NCBI RefSeq assembly: GCF_018350175.1 | Contig: NC_058368.1 | Coordinates: 73,906,001 to 73,970,000, forward strand | DNA: 64,000 bases | Source of the DNA: Felis catus | Lineage: Eukaryota | Direction of reading: 5' to 3' | In this document: piece by piece, positions 35,151 to 48,270 of the stretch | How the letters are laid out: each line of letters starts with the position of its first letter | How positions within the stretch are numbered: position 1 is the stretch's first letter | Translations under genes and position numbers: made by a program | The notes under the pieces: generated by a model | The model's database searches: none | Told to the model about the DNA's origin: nothing | What the model saw: only the letters and a program-made list of their open reading frames with translations

Positions 35151-37441
35151 AAAAAAGAAATGAATGAAATAGAGAAGTTTACCTTTTTGAGTAGAAATAC
35201 TGAAAAAAGCTACGTGGCTTTTAGACAGAAGCATTACCTTGATCTCAGAGAAGGATGAAGCGTTGTGGTAACTCTGTGCTTACTGACAGTTTGGGTTTCG
35301 GTTCCTCTCTGAGCATTGCCACAGAGCGTCATCGGCAGTTTCTAATTCTGCTTCCAAGGAATGCGGGAAACCTTCCCCGGAGATCTGTATCCTCCTTGGA
35401 GCGGTCTCCTGGAATTGTCTGGAGCCATAGTTGCCAAATGGCGAGGGAACAGGAGAAGGCTTTGATCAGCTGCCTCCGGTTCACCCAAACCCAGAAACAC
35501 ACGGTCCCAACCCCGTGGAGCCAGCATGGCACTGCCGCTAATTACTCCTATTACCTTAATAACCGGAGAGCCCTGGAATAATACATTTTCAGTCATGAAT
35601 TAAAAATGGCAATGTATTGGCTTTGATGCTGTCAAAATGAAATCTGCATTACCAAAACTCTGAGAGCCAGAAGATTAATTATATTTGTACAACCTTTTTT
35701 TCTTAACCAATCACTAACAAATTATAAAAGTACATGGAGTCTTATTTGGGAAATAATTTTAGGTTATTATCTGAAATGGAGTGGTGCTAATTTCGTTGGT
35801 CCAGTCAATGTGCTGATTGCTACACTTCTTAATTCTACTTTATCTCTCAGAGATGGAATCATATTAAAATCCTTTGAAAATAAAACCGCACGTTGTTTAA
35901 CTGCTAGATTAACCTTCACCGAGTCAATGAGATTCCTAATGAATAAATCCATGGCATTATATTTGATTTAACTTTATAAAAACAATATCAGAGTTAATTG
36001 ACAATATAATGAAGGGTTTGCAAGAACTACCTTAGAGGTTTTATTTCCTCCTCCCTCTCTTTGTTTCAGAATTAGAGGGAGGCTCGGTTTCTGCATGATC
36101 TTTGGTTGCAGGCCCCCACTCGAGGTGCTGGGCCAGAACTGGAGAACCCATGGCTGTTGGGGAGTAGGTCTCTTTCGGGCAATTGGCCAAACCTGACTGC
36201 AGTGGCATCAGTTGTAGGTATATTATTGTATTCATTTTACTAAAGGGCACGTCACTTTTTTTCCTTCAGGAATTTTTAGCAAGTGGTTAAAAATAACCTT
36301 TAAGAAAGGTTATATTACTGCTGAGGCCTAGCCAAACCTTTTGGATGGAAATCTGCATCCATCATACTCAGATCTGTCAAAGGAAGTCTAGTGAGTAGTT
36401 CGGTAGACATAAGGTTGAATTCAAATGTCACTGCGCCATGTTTTGTAAAAAAGTGGCTGGCCGAGATGACCTTTGCGTGCCAACGTTCCATTTTGTAGTT
36501 TGAAAAGTAGGGAAAAGCTAGTCCACAAAACTATGCAGTATTAGGGCCCAGTCCGCCTTGAAAGCAAAGACAGCTTCAAATTCTAATTCTGAAATTGTCA
36601 GTTTTGGCCGAGAGTAAGCATGAGTTTAATCACCTTCTGCATTTTCATTCCATCTGAACCTGAAACATTCTTTTAGGAATGGGTAATGTCCACTGTTGGT
36701 TATGAAGGTATGAATTTAACTCTTACAGAAAAAGCTATTTAAATAGCTCTCCATTAAGCCCTTGCTTATTTAAAATACACTGCTTCTTCTATAATTTTGA
36801 ACTGTGGCTACTAAGCTTCCCGAAGCTAACACCTAATCCTAGGGGACATCGCAAAACAAAGTTAAGAGTCATTAACAACAACGGTAAGGAAGAACATTCA
36901 CTCTAAAGCATCTAAACAAAACTTACTTGAGGACTACCTGTTGCATTTTTATATAGTGGCAGAAAAATGCAAGAAAGAGCTGAACGAGTTCTCATGGTAC
37001 CAACGGGGAAAATGGTAGAGTTCTATTCCAGGAGCATTTATTACACTTGTGGTTTGCATAGCTACTTACAGATAGATTGTAAATGTGTGAACCACAGAAA
37101 CGAGTATTTCCTTTAACTGGTGACCTTCTATCTACATAGGCCCCACCTCTTTTGACATGGGTGCCCATAGAGAATAGTGGCTGTCACTGCATTGGGCTTT
37201 CCGAAACACCATGGGGATTTAGAGAAACGAATGTTGGATTGCTTTGCTCCTACCTTGCTCTTTCCCCTTTCCCTGTATCACTTTTCGAATATATTCTCGG
37301 GACATATGGGCCAGTCGAGCACTTTCCAATTTTGGAGAGAAAGCCATGGCCCCCATGACTATGGACACCTTACATGGTGGGACTAAGAATAAAACACTGC
37401 CAAGATTCTGCCTTGGCCAAGATTGTACTGGCCAAGATTCT

Positions 37442-37587
37442 GGCCGTGGCCATTCCTTTACGTATTATTTATGGCTGCTTTTGTACCACAATGGTGGAGT
37501 TGACTACTGGCAAAGAGACTGTGTGGCCCGCAAAGCCTAAAACATTTCCTCTTTTGGCCCTTTACAGAAAAAGTTTACTGACCCCTG
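37442..37587 (+). mobile_element. MER58A hAT transposon, 3' part
   Basis: ccattcctttacgtattatttatggctgc...tggcccgcaaagcctaaaa...ggccctttacagaaaaagtttactgacccctg. Confidence 0.85.
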
Positions 37588-39274
37588 GGTTAAGACAAGG
37601 GACAAAGGATTTGAAATAAGTACAGGTGGAATATTAAGACCAAGGTTAGATGTGCTGGGTTGAAATGCAGGTGGCATCTCTGGGTATATGAAGATTAAAA
37701 CATGAGTGTGGGTTAAATTACAAGGAATCAAGGACAGGATGAGACGGGAACAGGTAGGCATCAGGAGAGAATCTGGGGCACGTACGCTGTATAGCCCAGG
37801 CCCTTTATGGTTGTATCCCACCTATGCCATATAGGAGGCCTAGAACAGGTAATGTGTGTTATGAACAACACACTACAGCCTCCAGGTTGCAGCCTGATTG
37901 TACCCTACTCACCTGTCTACACACGTTACTGCTGTCCCTGCTCTTCTCTCTGGCCCCCATTTTGCTATGCATCCTTTCCCGGCCTCACAGCCAGGGGTCC
38001 TCAGTGGGACCCGTGTCTCTGCTTTGGGTCTAGGCCTTGGAGATCGACCAGGATGAGGACCAAGAAGGGGCACTGTGGCCTTGGAAGTCCTCTGCTTGCG
38101 GTGAAGAGCTGACCTAACTTGAAAGTGCTTGGCTTAAAAATGACAGTACAGCTGGAGTCCTGCCCAGCGTACTGACCACGGAATCCACTTGCCTCGTAAG
38201 GTACCAGGAATCCCGGTAATCCAGAGCGGTAACCCGCACTTAGCCCAGTTATCCTTTCTTCTCCCTACAGAGCTACATGACCCAGTTGGCCCCAAGAATC
38301 CTGGTTGCTTTTATTCAATTCTCACTCAATACTCAGCACAAGAACAGAATGCAGCATCTTACGTAACAGAAATCACATAGATATTTCCAATAGTGTTTTT
38401 CTGCTTACGATCTTACTGTTGTCTATGAATCTCAATATATTGATCTCCACAGAGCTCCCTGAGGTAGTTAAGGTTCTGTGTGTCTAAGGGAGGCATCCCC
38501 ATCAGGAAGAAGGGGACTGCTAAGATTTTGCTTTTTCCTGCTCCCATCACCAGACAAATGTTTTCAGGTTAAAAAAAAAAAAAAAAAAAAAGAAACCACA
38601 ACACTATACTCAGAACCTCAATATTTAAACCAGATGGATGAAGCCGCCTAGAGAGAGGATGCTGGGAGGATGGAGGGGGGCTCTAAACCCTATGTCTGAG
38701 CCTCTCTCCTGTCCTGAGGGAATTGATGAAGAAATCCCCTGAATGCTTGGTGTCTGGGGAGCATTGTTGCTGCACAAGTCACTGAAAACATGTATTTTAA
38801 CTGCTGAATAGTTCAAAAAGCCAGAATACCCAGTCATGTCACTGCCTGAAAAACAGTGAGCTTGTTTCCTCCTCTTCCAGAACGGTAGTAGTGTGCATTG
38901 ACACATGGTCTGTGTTAAAGACAGGTTGTTCTGTAAACTAATTCCCACTTTCAGTTGTGTGAACACTTCCTGGGAGAGCCAGTGCAGCGCCATAGGCAGC
39001 ATGAATTCATCGTCAGGCATTCAGTGGCCCCTTAAGAGAGTGACAGAGGAGAGTCCCTGATCTTCCGGCCTTTCCAAATTACACATTGACTAGGGGTTCG
39101 GTCTTCTCCCAGCTGCCTCCACGAACGGGCACCCTGACATTTTAGTCGGGATGTCTTGTCACGGACTCTTCAGAGAGAGAAGCTGGGTTCAGAAACAGTG
39201 CTTTTCACTCGAGTGTAAACTTGTTATTTATTTGTTTGTTTTTGTTTCCTTATGTCCCTTCTTGTGTGTGTTTG

Positions 39275-39387
39275 ATAAGAACACTTAACACGAGATCTCC
39301 CCTCTCAAAATTTTAAGTGCACAGCACACTATTGCCAACTATAGGCATATGTTGCACAGCAGATCTCCAGACTTTATTCATTCTGTG
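39275..39387 (-). mobile_element. L1MA-type 3' end fragment
   Basis: agaacacttaacacgagatct...aaattttaagtgcaca...actataggc..atgttgcacagcagatctccagact. Confidence 0.75.
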
Positions 39388-40469
39388 AGGAACACCCCAG
39401 AAGCTTCTGCCCAGAACACAAGGCACTGCTGTCCTGATATTTTCCCACCAGCTCTTGCACATATCCTACGTGACAGACAGGCATGTCTTTCCTCCGGAGT
39501 CACGACGCCATTTCTCTCCAGAACCCAGGAGAAAGGCAGGACTCTCTTGCCAGTCTGTGGATGGCCCTCTGCAAGGTTTCCCAGAGTAAAGCCATATGAG
39601 GCCACGTGGCTTTGTCAGCTGTGACTTTGCAGGCAGAGCAGGTGATTATTTTTATTGGATGGCAATAAGCTCCGAATACTATCATTACGAGCTTTCTCCC
39701 AACCTCTTTTCAAGCTCTCCTTATTACAGCCCAGCCGCCTCAGCAATTGTATTTGTCAACACTGTAGGGAGAACCGTGCAACCTGTTGGTGGGCTCAGCA
39801 AATCGGGGTTTGCCATGTGAATACTGATGTTCTCCGAAGCTCCGTCCTGTCATTCAGAATGACATTTCATTCTGTTTATTGTGATTAGTTTTTTGCAGTA
39901 GCGTTTTAAAAGTGTAATTGCTTTTGTAGTCTCAGGAACAAAGGGGCCCTAAAGCCACATTAAGAGATGTATATAATTGTTAAACAGGTTGGGGAGGTTA
40001 AGAATAGTGAGATTTTGAGAAGAGATGGTACATAGATTTAAATATATGAATTTGTTTCTTTCGAGCCATGTCCCAAAAGGGTTTGCAACAATGTAGATAC
40101 TAAAGCTAGAATTTAAAGCGATTTCCAAAAAATAACGGAGAGAGTTCAAAGAAACCATGGTGTTGATCATTGATTGCAGGGGAAATTGGAGACGATGCAT
40201 TCAACTCTTCGGACATAAAGTGAATAATTCATGAGGGTGAGTAAAGTAATACAATTCAGGGTTGATAATGCATTTATATCAAATAGGGATAGGTACATAT
40301 AGCTGCTATTATGATGTGTAATAAACTAATAGGACTTACTAATATGCATCAAAATAAGAATGATATATGCAAGACCCAAGGAATGTTTGATACTGGTCAG
40401 ACCTTTATCCCAGATAAAGCATTTTCTTCATAGTGAAGAAAAGACTTGGAAAGAAGAGCAGGATCTATC

Positions 40470-41425
40470 CATTTACTCATTCATTCATTCATTCATTCAT
40501 TCCAAGATGTTTATGCTGGGTCTGCTGGATATAAGTCACCCTTCTAGATGCTCAGGGATGAGCTGTGAACAAGAGTTCCTGTTTCATGAAGCTTAGAATC
40601 TAGAGATGGGACCATGTAATACACAAGCTGATAAATAGTGTTTATGTAATTGAATTTTACCTAGTGATATGTTCCATTAAAATAAGAGTCAGAAGTTAGA
40701 GAGTGACTGGGGACAGTATTTAATAGAATGACAGTGCACAGCACTTTCAAGGTATGTTGGACACAAGAAAAATGGTGGTCGTTAAAGACATGCTTGGGAC
40801 AGCCTTGCTGATGGAGAGACTCTGGGGGAGGAAGACAAATGACGATCTATGACAGGGGACAGTTATAGGAGCAAAGTGTCTGGGTGAGGGAAGGGAGATG
40901 GGACCCAGGGAGCAGGAGGTTTGTCTCTCAGTCGGGGGCACAGACTGGCCATCCATTACAATGGGAAGGAAACTGCTGGGTTTGAGCTGAGGTTGGCCAC
41001 TATCTGTATTTTCTCTGTATTTTCGTATAACGAGCCTCTCTAGCTGCAGGGTTTACAGTAGAGCATGCATGCCTATATGTGTGCTGGGGACAGGGTAGGT
41101 GGAGCAGGGAGACGTTTGAAGAGGCTACTGCAACAGTCCAGGTGAAAGCTAGCTGATACTTGAATGGAGGTGATATGTGGGGGTGAGGGAGATGTGGCTA
41201 GATCCTAAACATACCTAGAAGGGAGATGCTGATAGGAAGTTGAGTCTCACGTGAGGAAAAGAGGGCATTCGAGGGTCACTCTCAAGTTTCCAGCCTGGGC
41301 AGCTGGAAGAATTGATAACAGCATGTATAGAGATGAGAAAAATTATCGGAAAAGCAACAGTTGGGATAAATTAAAAACAAAAAAGTTCCTCAGATATTGT
41401 AATTTTTTTTAATGTTTATTTATTT

Positions 41426-41456
<31 letters not shown>

Positions 41457-41665
41457 CAGGGGAAGGGCAAAGAGAGAGGGAGACACCAAATCCGAATCAG
41501 GCTCCAGGCTCTGAGCTGTCAGCACAGACCCAGATGTGGGGCCTGAACCCACAGACTGCGAGCCCATGACCTGAACCGAAGTCAGACACTCAACCGACGG
41601 AGCCACCCAGGTGCCCCTGTTTCTCAGGTATTTTGAAGGTGAGATGCCTATTAGATAGAGTCGAA
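40470..41665 (-). mobile_element. L2 LINE (3' portion), interrupted by a Can-SINE
   Basis: (TTCA)n tail, catgaagcttagaatctag, gaggctactgcaacagtccaggtga, agcctgggcagctggaagaat, tgagatgcctattaga. Confidence 0.7.
41401..41617 (-). mobile_element. Can-SINE (SINEC_Fc-type)
   Basis: Full length; TSD gtt(c/t)ctcag(a/g)tatt. Confidence 0.95.
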
Positions 41666-41704
41666 GTATAAGTGCTGTGGCCAATGATACTTGTAGGCGA
41701 GATG

Positions 41705-41890
41705 CTATGATGTTTAAGGGTCTATAGACTCTGGAGCCAGAATGCCTGGGTTCAGACAGCTCAGCTCACTCGTCTGTAAAATGAAGATCATCACAGTAGC
41801 CACCTTCTTAAGTTGTTGGAAGAATTAAATGACGAATCCTTGTCAAGTCCTAGAATATTGTCTAGCACATAGTAAGCATCTAATGTGTTA
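41705..41890 (+). mobile_element. MIR SINE
   Basis: actctggagccagaatgcctgggttc...tcgtctgtaaaatg...tctagcacatagtaagc. Confidence 0.7.
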
Positions 41891-43103
41891 TACCTTCTTA
41901 GTGGCAGTATTGCTGATGTGACCAAGGAAGTTCTGGGATAGGGAGACCACATCTAGGCAGACATGAAAGTGACCATCCCCCCATGGAAGTGCCAAGTGTG
42001 AGCCTCTTGGAATGAAAATCCACACTGCGGTTTCCATAATTACTTTATTGATGAGCCTTGTGAGAAAACAATTTGAAAGGCATTCGTTCATCATTCTGGA
42101 GGACATTTTCAGGTGTAGTTTTGCTATGATGCGGAGAACTTTGAACTCACTGAATATGAAGCAATTCTTGCGCTTCATTGACATGTTACTGCACAGATCA
42201 CCGGAAACTCTAACGGGCTGTGGACTTCCCTTCCATGGATGTTGAGGTGCGTTTTTTCACAGGGTGAGATTTTTCTCTTGCAGAATCTGAGTGCTTCGCC
42301 CTTGAACTATGACCGGAGAGAATACAGTTCATGGCAGTCAGCACTTGGGATCTGAACTGATGTGCACTGGGGATTTTGGGCTGGATGGATTCATTGAACA
42401 AAAGTTCCTGACTAAATATTAAGACATCCCTTGTTTTAGAAGCTGTTATTTTAAGCTTTCTGATGGAAAGTTAATGTAGTGTCATAGGCAGGGTCTTTCT
42501 TAGGTTACTTCTTATAAAAGTAACATTTTATAGAGTCAAGAGTACTACTGAAGAGTTTTCTTTTGAAGTTTTTTCTAAGATGATACCATAGCATTTTAAG
42601 TAGGAAGTCCCAGCATTTCAGGCATTTATTCAGTTACTTGATAATTGATTCCCCTTATGAATTTCAAATATATGAAAATAACAACAGATTTGCCAAATAT
42701 TCTCAAAGAGTCAGTAAAAGATCCAATTACAGGTAGTATTTGGTCCCCAAAAGGTTGATGTCCATAGTATAAGTTCTGGTCAGGGCTTGTTATCTTATTT
42801 GCTTTAAATTAGAATGAGGGCCTATTGTCAAATGAATCAATCAAAATATGATATGATGACAGATGACTGAATCATCAGCATGACCCAGAGAAAATCCTAA
42901 AATGCTGAACACAGCTTGATTAATTTCAGCGGCTTATTAGGAGTACTTAAAAATGAATTCATAATACTTGCTATAATCCACATGGTTAACCCCTCTCTTG
43001 CTCATCTGTTTCGACTAGAGTGTATGTGGGGTTGGGGATGTCCAGGGGGGTGGGGCAGGAAGGCCTTTGAAAGAAGCTATTACAATGGCCCAGGTGGAGA
43101 TAT

Positions 43104-43551
43104 TGTTATGGGTTGAATTGTGTCCTCCAAAAATCAATATTGAAGATCTAAACGCCAGTATTTTAGAATGTGACTTGATTTGGAAATAAGGTCATTGCAG
43201 ATGTAATTAGTTAATATGGGGTCACAGGGGAGTATAGTGGGTCCCTGATCCCACATGACAGGTATCTTTATGAGAAGAGGAGAAAACACAAAGGCACTGT
43301 CACAAGGAGAAGGTCAAGGGTGGAGGCAGAGATTGGAGCAGGGCAGCTGTAAGCCAAGGAACCCCAAGGATCATTGGCCAAACCAGAAGCTACAAGACAC
43401 AAGGAAGAATTCTACCCAGACTCTTGGGGGAGTAAAGCCTATCTGACACCTTGATTTCAGACTTCTAACCTCTAGAACGGAGAGAGATTAAATTTGTTTT
43501 TAGCCACTCATTTTGTCGTACTTTGCTATTGTAGCCTAGGAAACAAATACA
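43104..43551 (+). mobile_element. MaLR solo LTR (MLT1B/C-like), full length
   Basis: Starts tgttatgggttgaattgtgtc, contains tttggaaataaggtcattgcagatgtaattagttaa and gacaccttgatttcagacttct, ends ggaaacaaataca; 5-bp TSD gatat/gacat. Confidence 0.9.
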
Positions 43552-43713
43552 GACATGATATTAGTGCTAATGCAAGGCAGGGCTTCAACATTAATTCCTG
43601 ACTGAGAACAACTGCCCCTCTAGACAAACCTCCTTAATTGAAGTCACTGTTGTGTATTCAAAAGGCATAAAATACACAATGACCTGGAGCATTCGCGAAT
43701 ATATGTAATCTCT

Positions 43714-43938
43714 AAAAAGTTTTTTTTCAATGTTCATTTATTTTTGAGAGAGAGAGAGAGAGAGAGAGAGAGCACAAGCAGGGGAGGACAGAGAGAGAGG
43801 GAGCCACAGAATCTGAAGAAGGCTCCAGGCTTCAAGTTGTCAGCAGAGATCTCGACACGGCGCTTGAACTCACGGCCTGCGAGATCATGACTGGAGCCGA
43901 AGCTGGATGCTTCACTGACTAAGCCACCCAGGTACCCC
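43714..43938 (-). mobile_element. Can-SINE
   Basis: Ends gccacccaggtacccc; TSD core tatgtaatct. Confidence 0.93.
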
Positions 43939-43959
43939 AACAGTATGTAATCTTAAGTA

Positions 43960-44215
43960 ACTTTATCATTAATATCTATGACTTATGTGCCCAACACTGT
44001 GCTAGCGTTGACATATGCTATCTTAATTTAGCCCTTCATGAAACCCATGAGGGCTTTATAATTGCTCCTTTTTTTTTTTTTTTTCTTTCTTGTAACAAAT
44101 AAGGAACTTGATGTTTAGAGAGATTACAAGTCTTACCCAGGGTCACACAGTTAGGAAAAGATCTACCGTGGAAAGCCAGGACTCAAGGTCAGTCTGGTCT
44201 ATAGTCTGGACCCTT
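43960..44215 (-). mobile_element. MIR SINE
   Basis: acttatgtgcccaacactgtgcta...aaataaggaacttgatgtttagagagatt...cccagggtcacacagttag. Confidence 0.7.
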
Positions 44216-44692
44216 AGTCTTTGTCTATAGAGGCTTTACAATCAGAATCTCGACGTGGAAGAGATTGTTGGGCTAACCTTCCTCTTTGCTGATCCTTTGC
44301 TTCCTGCCCTCTCATCCCTGTTGGCCAAATCCAGAGAATCAGAGGGGAGATGGAAGGGAGGTGTGAAGCCACATTCCTTCTCAGACAGAGTGAGAAGAGA
44401 GCCGTCTCCAAAAGATCCAGAAGGCCATCCCGTGTTGCTGCAACTTAAGGTCTTCAGTTGACTCGTAAGTTTGTTTGGAGCGTGAAACGTTTGGTTAGTG
44501 TCAAAACTGCGTACTTTTAACCCATGAATCCTGAAATGCCTTTTTGGGGGGGAGGGTAGGGAGCAGTGATCGTGTACAAGAGTTACCTATTCTTAAAAAG
44601 TAACTGGGGAAAAATACTATTGGTAGTGACTATATTTGTCAATAAAGAACAAGAGCCTCTATTTCTAGAGGCTTCTATTTCTAGTAATGTGC

Positions 44693-44783
44693 CAAAGCAC
44701 TGAACAGTGCTTAACAAAGGAACACTTAACAAACTGAACAAACGCTTAAACAAACTGAACACTTAACAAAGCGCTGAACAGTG
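44693..44783. repeat. Complex scrambled tandem duplication (cttaacaaa / ctgaaca modules)
   Basis: 17-bp direct repeats caaagc(a/g)ctgaacagtg at 44693 and 44767 flank shuffled sub-copies. Confidence 0.8.
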
Positions 44784-45428
44784 AAGCTAACTTCTTGTCT
44801 CTGCGCTTTCACCCCTGGGCGGGGGGCGAGGGGGAGGGTGGCGAAGGGGAAATGGACTCTGGCTCAGAAGAACCAGTGTCAATTTTTGTCTTTGGTTTCA
44901 CCTACATTAGTGGGAAAACAATTCATTTAAAACAGACTTAAGACAATGATTCCCTTAAGTAGAAAATATTCCACAAGACCCTTATGGGAAAATAAATGTT
45001 TTTGTCCTATTTTAAGGAGAGTTTATCAAGTTTTATGATTTCCACGGTTTCTTCTTAAAGCAAATCATTCGCTGGCAAAACCTATAATTGCTGAGGTGTA
45101 TTTTCGGTTATCTCTACGTAACGATTTCTTTTGCTGTGGCTCAAATTCATTGTATTGGCTTAATTTGGCGTCTCTATAATATGCTATATGAAAACTTTGT
45201 TGTGACAGTAGATAATGGTAACCTATAGAGCTTTATATTGTTTGAAACCACGGACCGATGTTTTAGAAAAATGGAAATACTATGTAGACAGAGTCAGTGA
45301 TTCAGCTGTGTAGAATGACTATTCAAATAATTGATATCACAGTACAAAACCAAAGAACCCCAGACCTGGAAAATATCTCTAAGATCATCTGGTAGTCCTT
45401 ACACATAGATATCTGTAAGTCCCATTTA

Positions 45429-45636
45429 GAGGTCCCCGGGTGGCTCAGTCAGTTAAGCGTCCAACTTCAGTTCAGGTCATGATCTCACCACCTGTGAGTT
45501 CCAGCCCTGCTTCGGGCTCTGTGCTGACAGTTCAGAGCCTGGAGTCTTTTTCAGATTCTGTGTGTCTCCCTCTCTCTCTGCCCCTCTGTCTCTTTCTCTC
45601 AAAAATAAATAAACGTTAAAAAATTAAAAAAAAAAA
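45429..45636 (+). mobile_element. Can-SINE (SINEC_Fc-type) inserted in a MIR
   Basis: Perfect TSD aagtcccattta at 45417-45428 and 45637-45648. Confidence 0.95.
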
Positions 45637-45968
45637 AAGTCCCATTTAAAAATAAGGTTCTGTAAGCTCAGGGAGCTGAGCTGATTTTGCCCAAGGTCAT
45701 GCTGGCAGCTTTAATCTCTGCAACACTAAGGAGGGTGATTTCATGTAGCAATTGGCTAGCGGAAACCACTGATCAAATATTACAAATCATATTTTAATAT
45801 TATTGTCTGGTGTTTGGGAATCCAAGATTCCAGTTTTAAATTCTTCTCCACCACTTTGGGCAATTTAGTCGAGCACTTAGTGTTTGGCTCCCTCCCCTGG
45901 AAATTGTGGCTGAGCACACTGAGTTTATGAAGACAATCTCTGGAAACTAGTATTATCTCATTTGCCTC

Positions 45969-46143
45969 TTTTTTTTTAAGTTTATTTATTTATTTTTGAG
46001 AAAGAGAGAGAGGGAATCCCAAGAAGGCTCTGTGCTATCAGTGCAGACCCTGATGTGGGGCTTGAACTCACAAACTATGAGATCTTGACCTGAGCCGAAA
46101 TCAAGAGTCAGATGCTTAAATGGCTGAGCCACCCAGGCACTGC
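45969..46143 (-). mobile_element. Can-SINE (older subfamily)
   Basis: gaaatcaagagtcagatgcttaa..ggctgagccacccaggcac; degenerate TSD atct(ca/tg)tttgc. Confidence 0.9.
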
Positions 46144-47844
46144 AAATCTTGTTTGCTTTTTATTGTATCTTGTCTTCTGAACTGGTTTGTCTGAAGACAC
46201 ATTTATAGGTCAAAGGAGGGCATTTTTAAGGAAATAAAGGTCACATTTCCATTGACAATGTGGCTATTCCCTAGATGAAATGTGCAGTCTACAATTACCA
46301 TCTTGTAGCATTTCAGTAACACCCTGTTATTTTGTTGCACCCATGGATAGTTTAATGATCAGACCATATTTGTTATAACCAACTTATTAATTAAATGATG
46401 GAATGTCCGTAGAGAAATAAAGTTTTGCACATTTAAAACTGTCTTTCAATACATACATTCAATTATGAATGATATCTAAGTGAAAGAGAAACAGATAATC
46501 CTTTTTTTCCGCCTCCACCCCCTCCTCCCCTTTTTAACAACAGAAATAATTGTTCCCAGAAGTCTCTACCCTGTGAAGCCTGGGCTGTCATCCTTTGATG
46601 TGTCTCTCGCATGTTAAGATCAAATAGTTCCCATAATTACGTTTGGTAATTTTAGAGTCATTATTTTTGTTGTTAAGATTTTCTGTACTCAAAAAAATAA
46701 AATTCTAGGTCAACAAGTCATTGTGTAATGAAAAAAAAAAACAACAAAACAAAACCCAGCAGCATGATAAAAGTGGGGAAAAAATGGAAATGTGTTATAT
46801 TATCTTTGGTTCTGGAAACTGTAGGTCTATTGTACAGTCTCAGTAACATAAGTTGAAAATGACCACTTTACATGTGTGTTAAAGAACCTCTTTGACAACC
46901 GCGTCTAATTTAAGTGGATAATCTCAGTAGTCATGCTGATGCTTAGAAAACAATGGTGTTAAGGAACGGCTCTAATATTCACTGAAAGACTCTATAAAAA
47001 TACAAGAAATACACTTGAACTTGAGTTTGCTGGTAACAAGGACTTATGGTGGTATTGTAAAGCACTTTGCTAATGGCATTTCCAGGTGTCTAGGATTTTA
47101 GTTTCGAATCACATGAGTGCCGCACGAAAGGAAAAGCTTGCAATTAAATATCACGCTTGCAAATAGGTCTCAATAATATTCGGGGCATTTCCATTACCTG
47201 ATTTGCATATCATCTTTCAGTTCCTTGCAGGAAAGCGTTTTACAGCAGGATACGCCCTGTTCAGCAAATTTTAAGTGTCGTCCTGTCTGAAGGCAGGCAG
47301 ATGAAGCAGGTGATGTTTTTCAGTCCCTGGCAACCTGTGGATCATCAGATGGCACCGTCCTTGCGGCTGGAGTTGATCCTGCATGGCACTTGCTCAAAGG
47401 AAGCACAGGCCATATGGCCAGATTGGAAGGACACAGAACACTCATTAGCGTCCAATGTAGTCACTTACGTGGCTGGACGGTACTGCACAGCCTGTAATTA
47501 TTCCTAGTCGGTCCCTGGTGAATCAAACGAAAGGGTATTTTTCCTGACCCCCTTTTGTGTCACGCCTAAAGTCCTTGTAATCATAGGCCCTAATCACTTA
47601 GGTCTAGGCTCTTCTCATGGAGAAAGAAGAGACAAAGCTAGATTTTTTTTCTTTCCAATTGTAAGGCTAAGCAGAGGGATGGAAACAGTTGTCACCTTTG
47701 AATAATGTGGATTGTTTCTGTGTTGTGGGGCCTTTGCCGTCTCTAGAGAATTTTAGAAAGATGGGATTAAAACCCAGCGGATTTGTACTCTTCGGCCAGC
47801 GTTTTTAACCTTCAGGCATTCATCCCCTGGAAGACTGATGTGTG

Positions 47845-48270
47845 CGCACAAGGATTCAACCACAAACATGTTCATGGAAGTGTTATGTTTACTAGAGAAA
47901 AGCGGAGAAAAACTAAATGTCTGTTAAATTCACTTATTCACTGAAAAATATATAGGAAGCCATTATTCTGAGCGATACTCTGTTCTACTTGCTAACCAAC
48001 GGCAACTGAATAAAATACTAGTGATAGCTCAAGTGACGGAATACTATGCAGCTTCTAGCCACGCTGTAGGAGAACATTTAATGACACAGCAAGTTGTGGA
48101 TGATATTCTAGTGGCAAAGTGAGTAATACACAGGGATGTACCTTAGCATGAATATACTTTTCAAATGTACTGTAATGAGTACATATTACTTTTCCAATAA
48201 GAAAACCAAAATAATAGAGTTTATTTCCAAACAACTCACAAAAGAAATCAAACCGAAAAATCATGAATAT
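47845..48270 (+). mobile_element. Old L1M fragment (ORF2 end / 3' UTR)
   Basis: caaacatgttcatggaagtgttatgttta...aaactaaatgtct...ggaatactatgcagc. Confidence 0.5.

Noticed and set aside
40476..40502. (TTCA)n as an independent microsatellite
   Set aside because: It is the normal L2 3' tail
43028..43056. G4 motif ggggttgggg...ggggggtgggg
   Set aside because: Real motif but common genome-wide, with no associated feature here
44693..44783. CRISPR-like repeat-spacer appearance
   Set aside because: Mammalian context, units short and irregular, spacers made of the same modules, no cas genes
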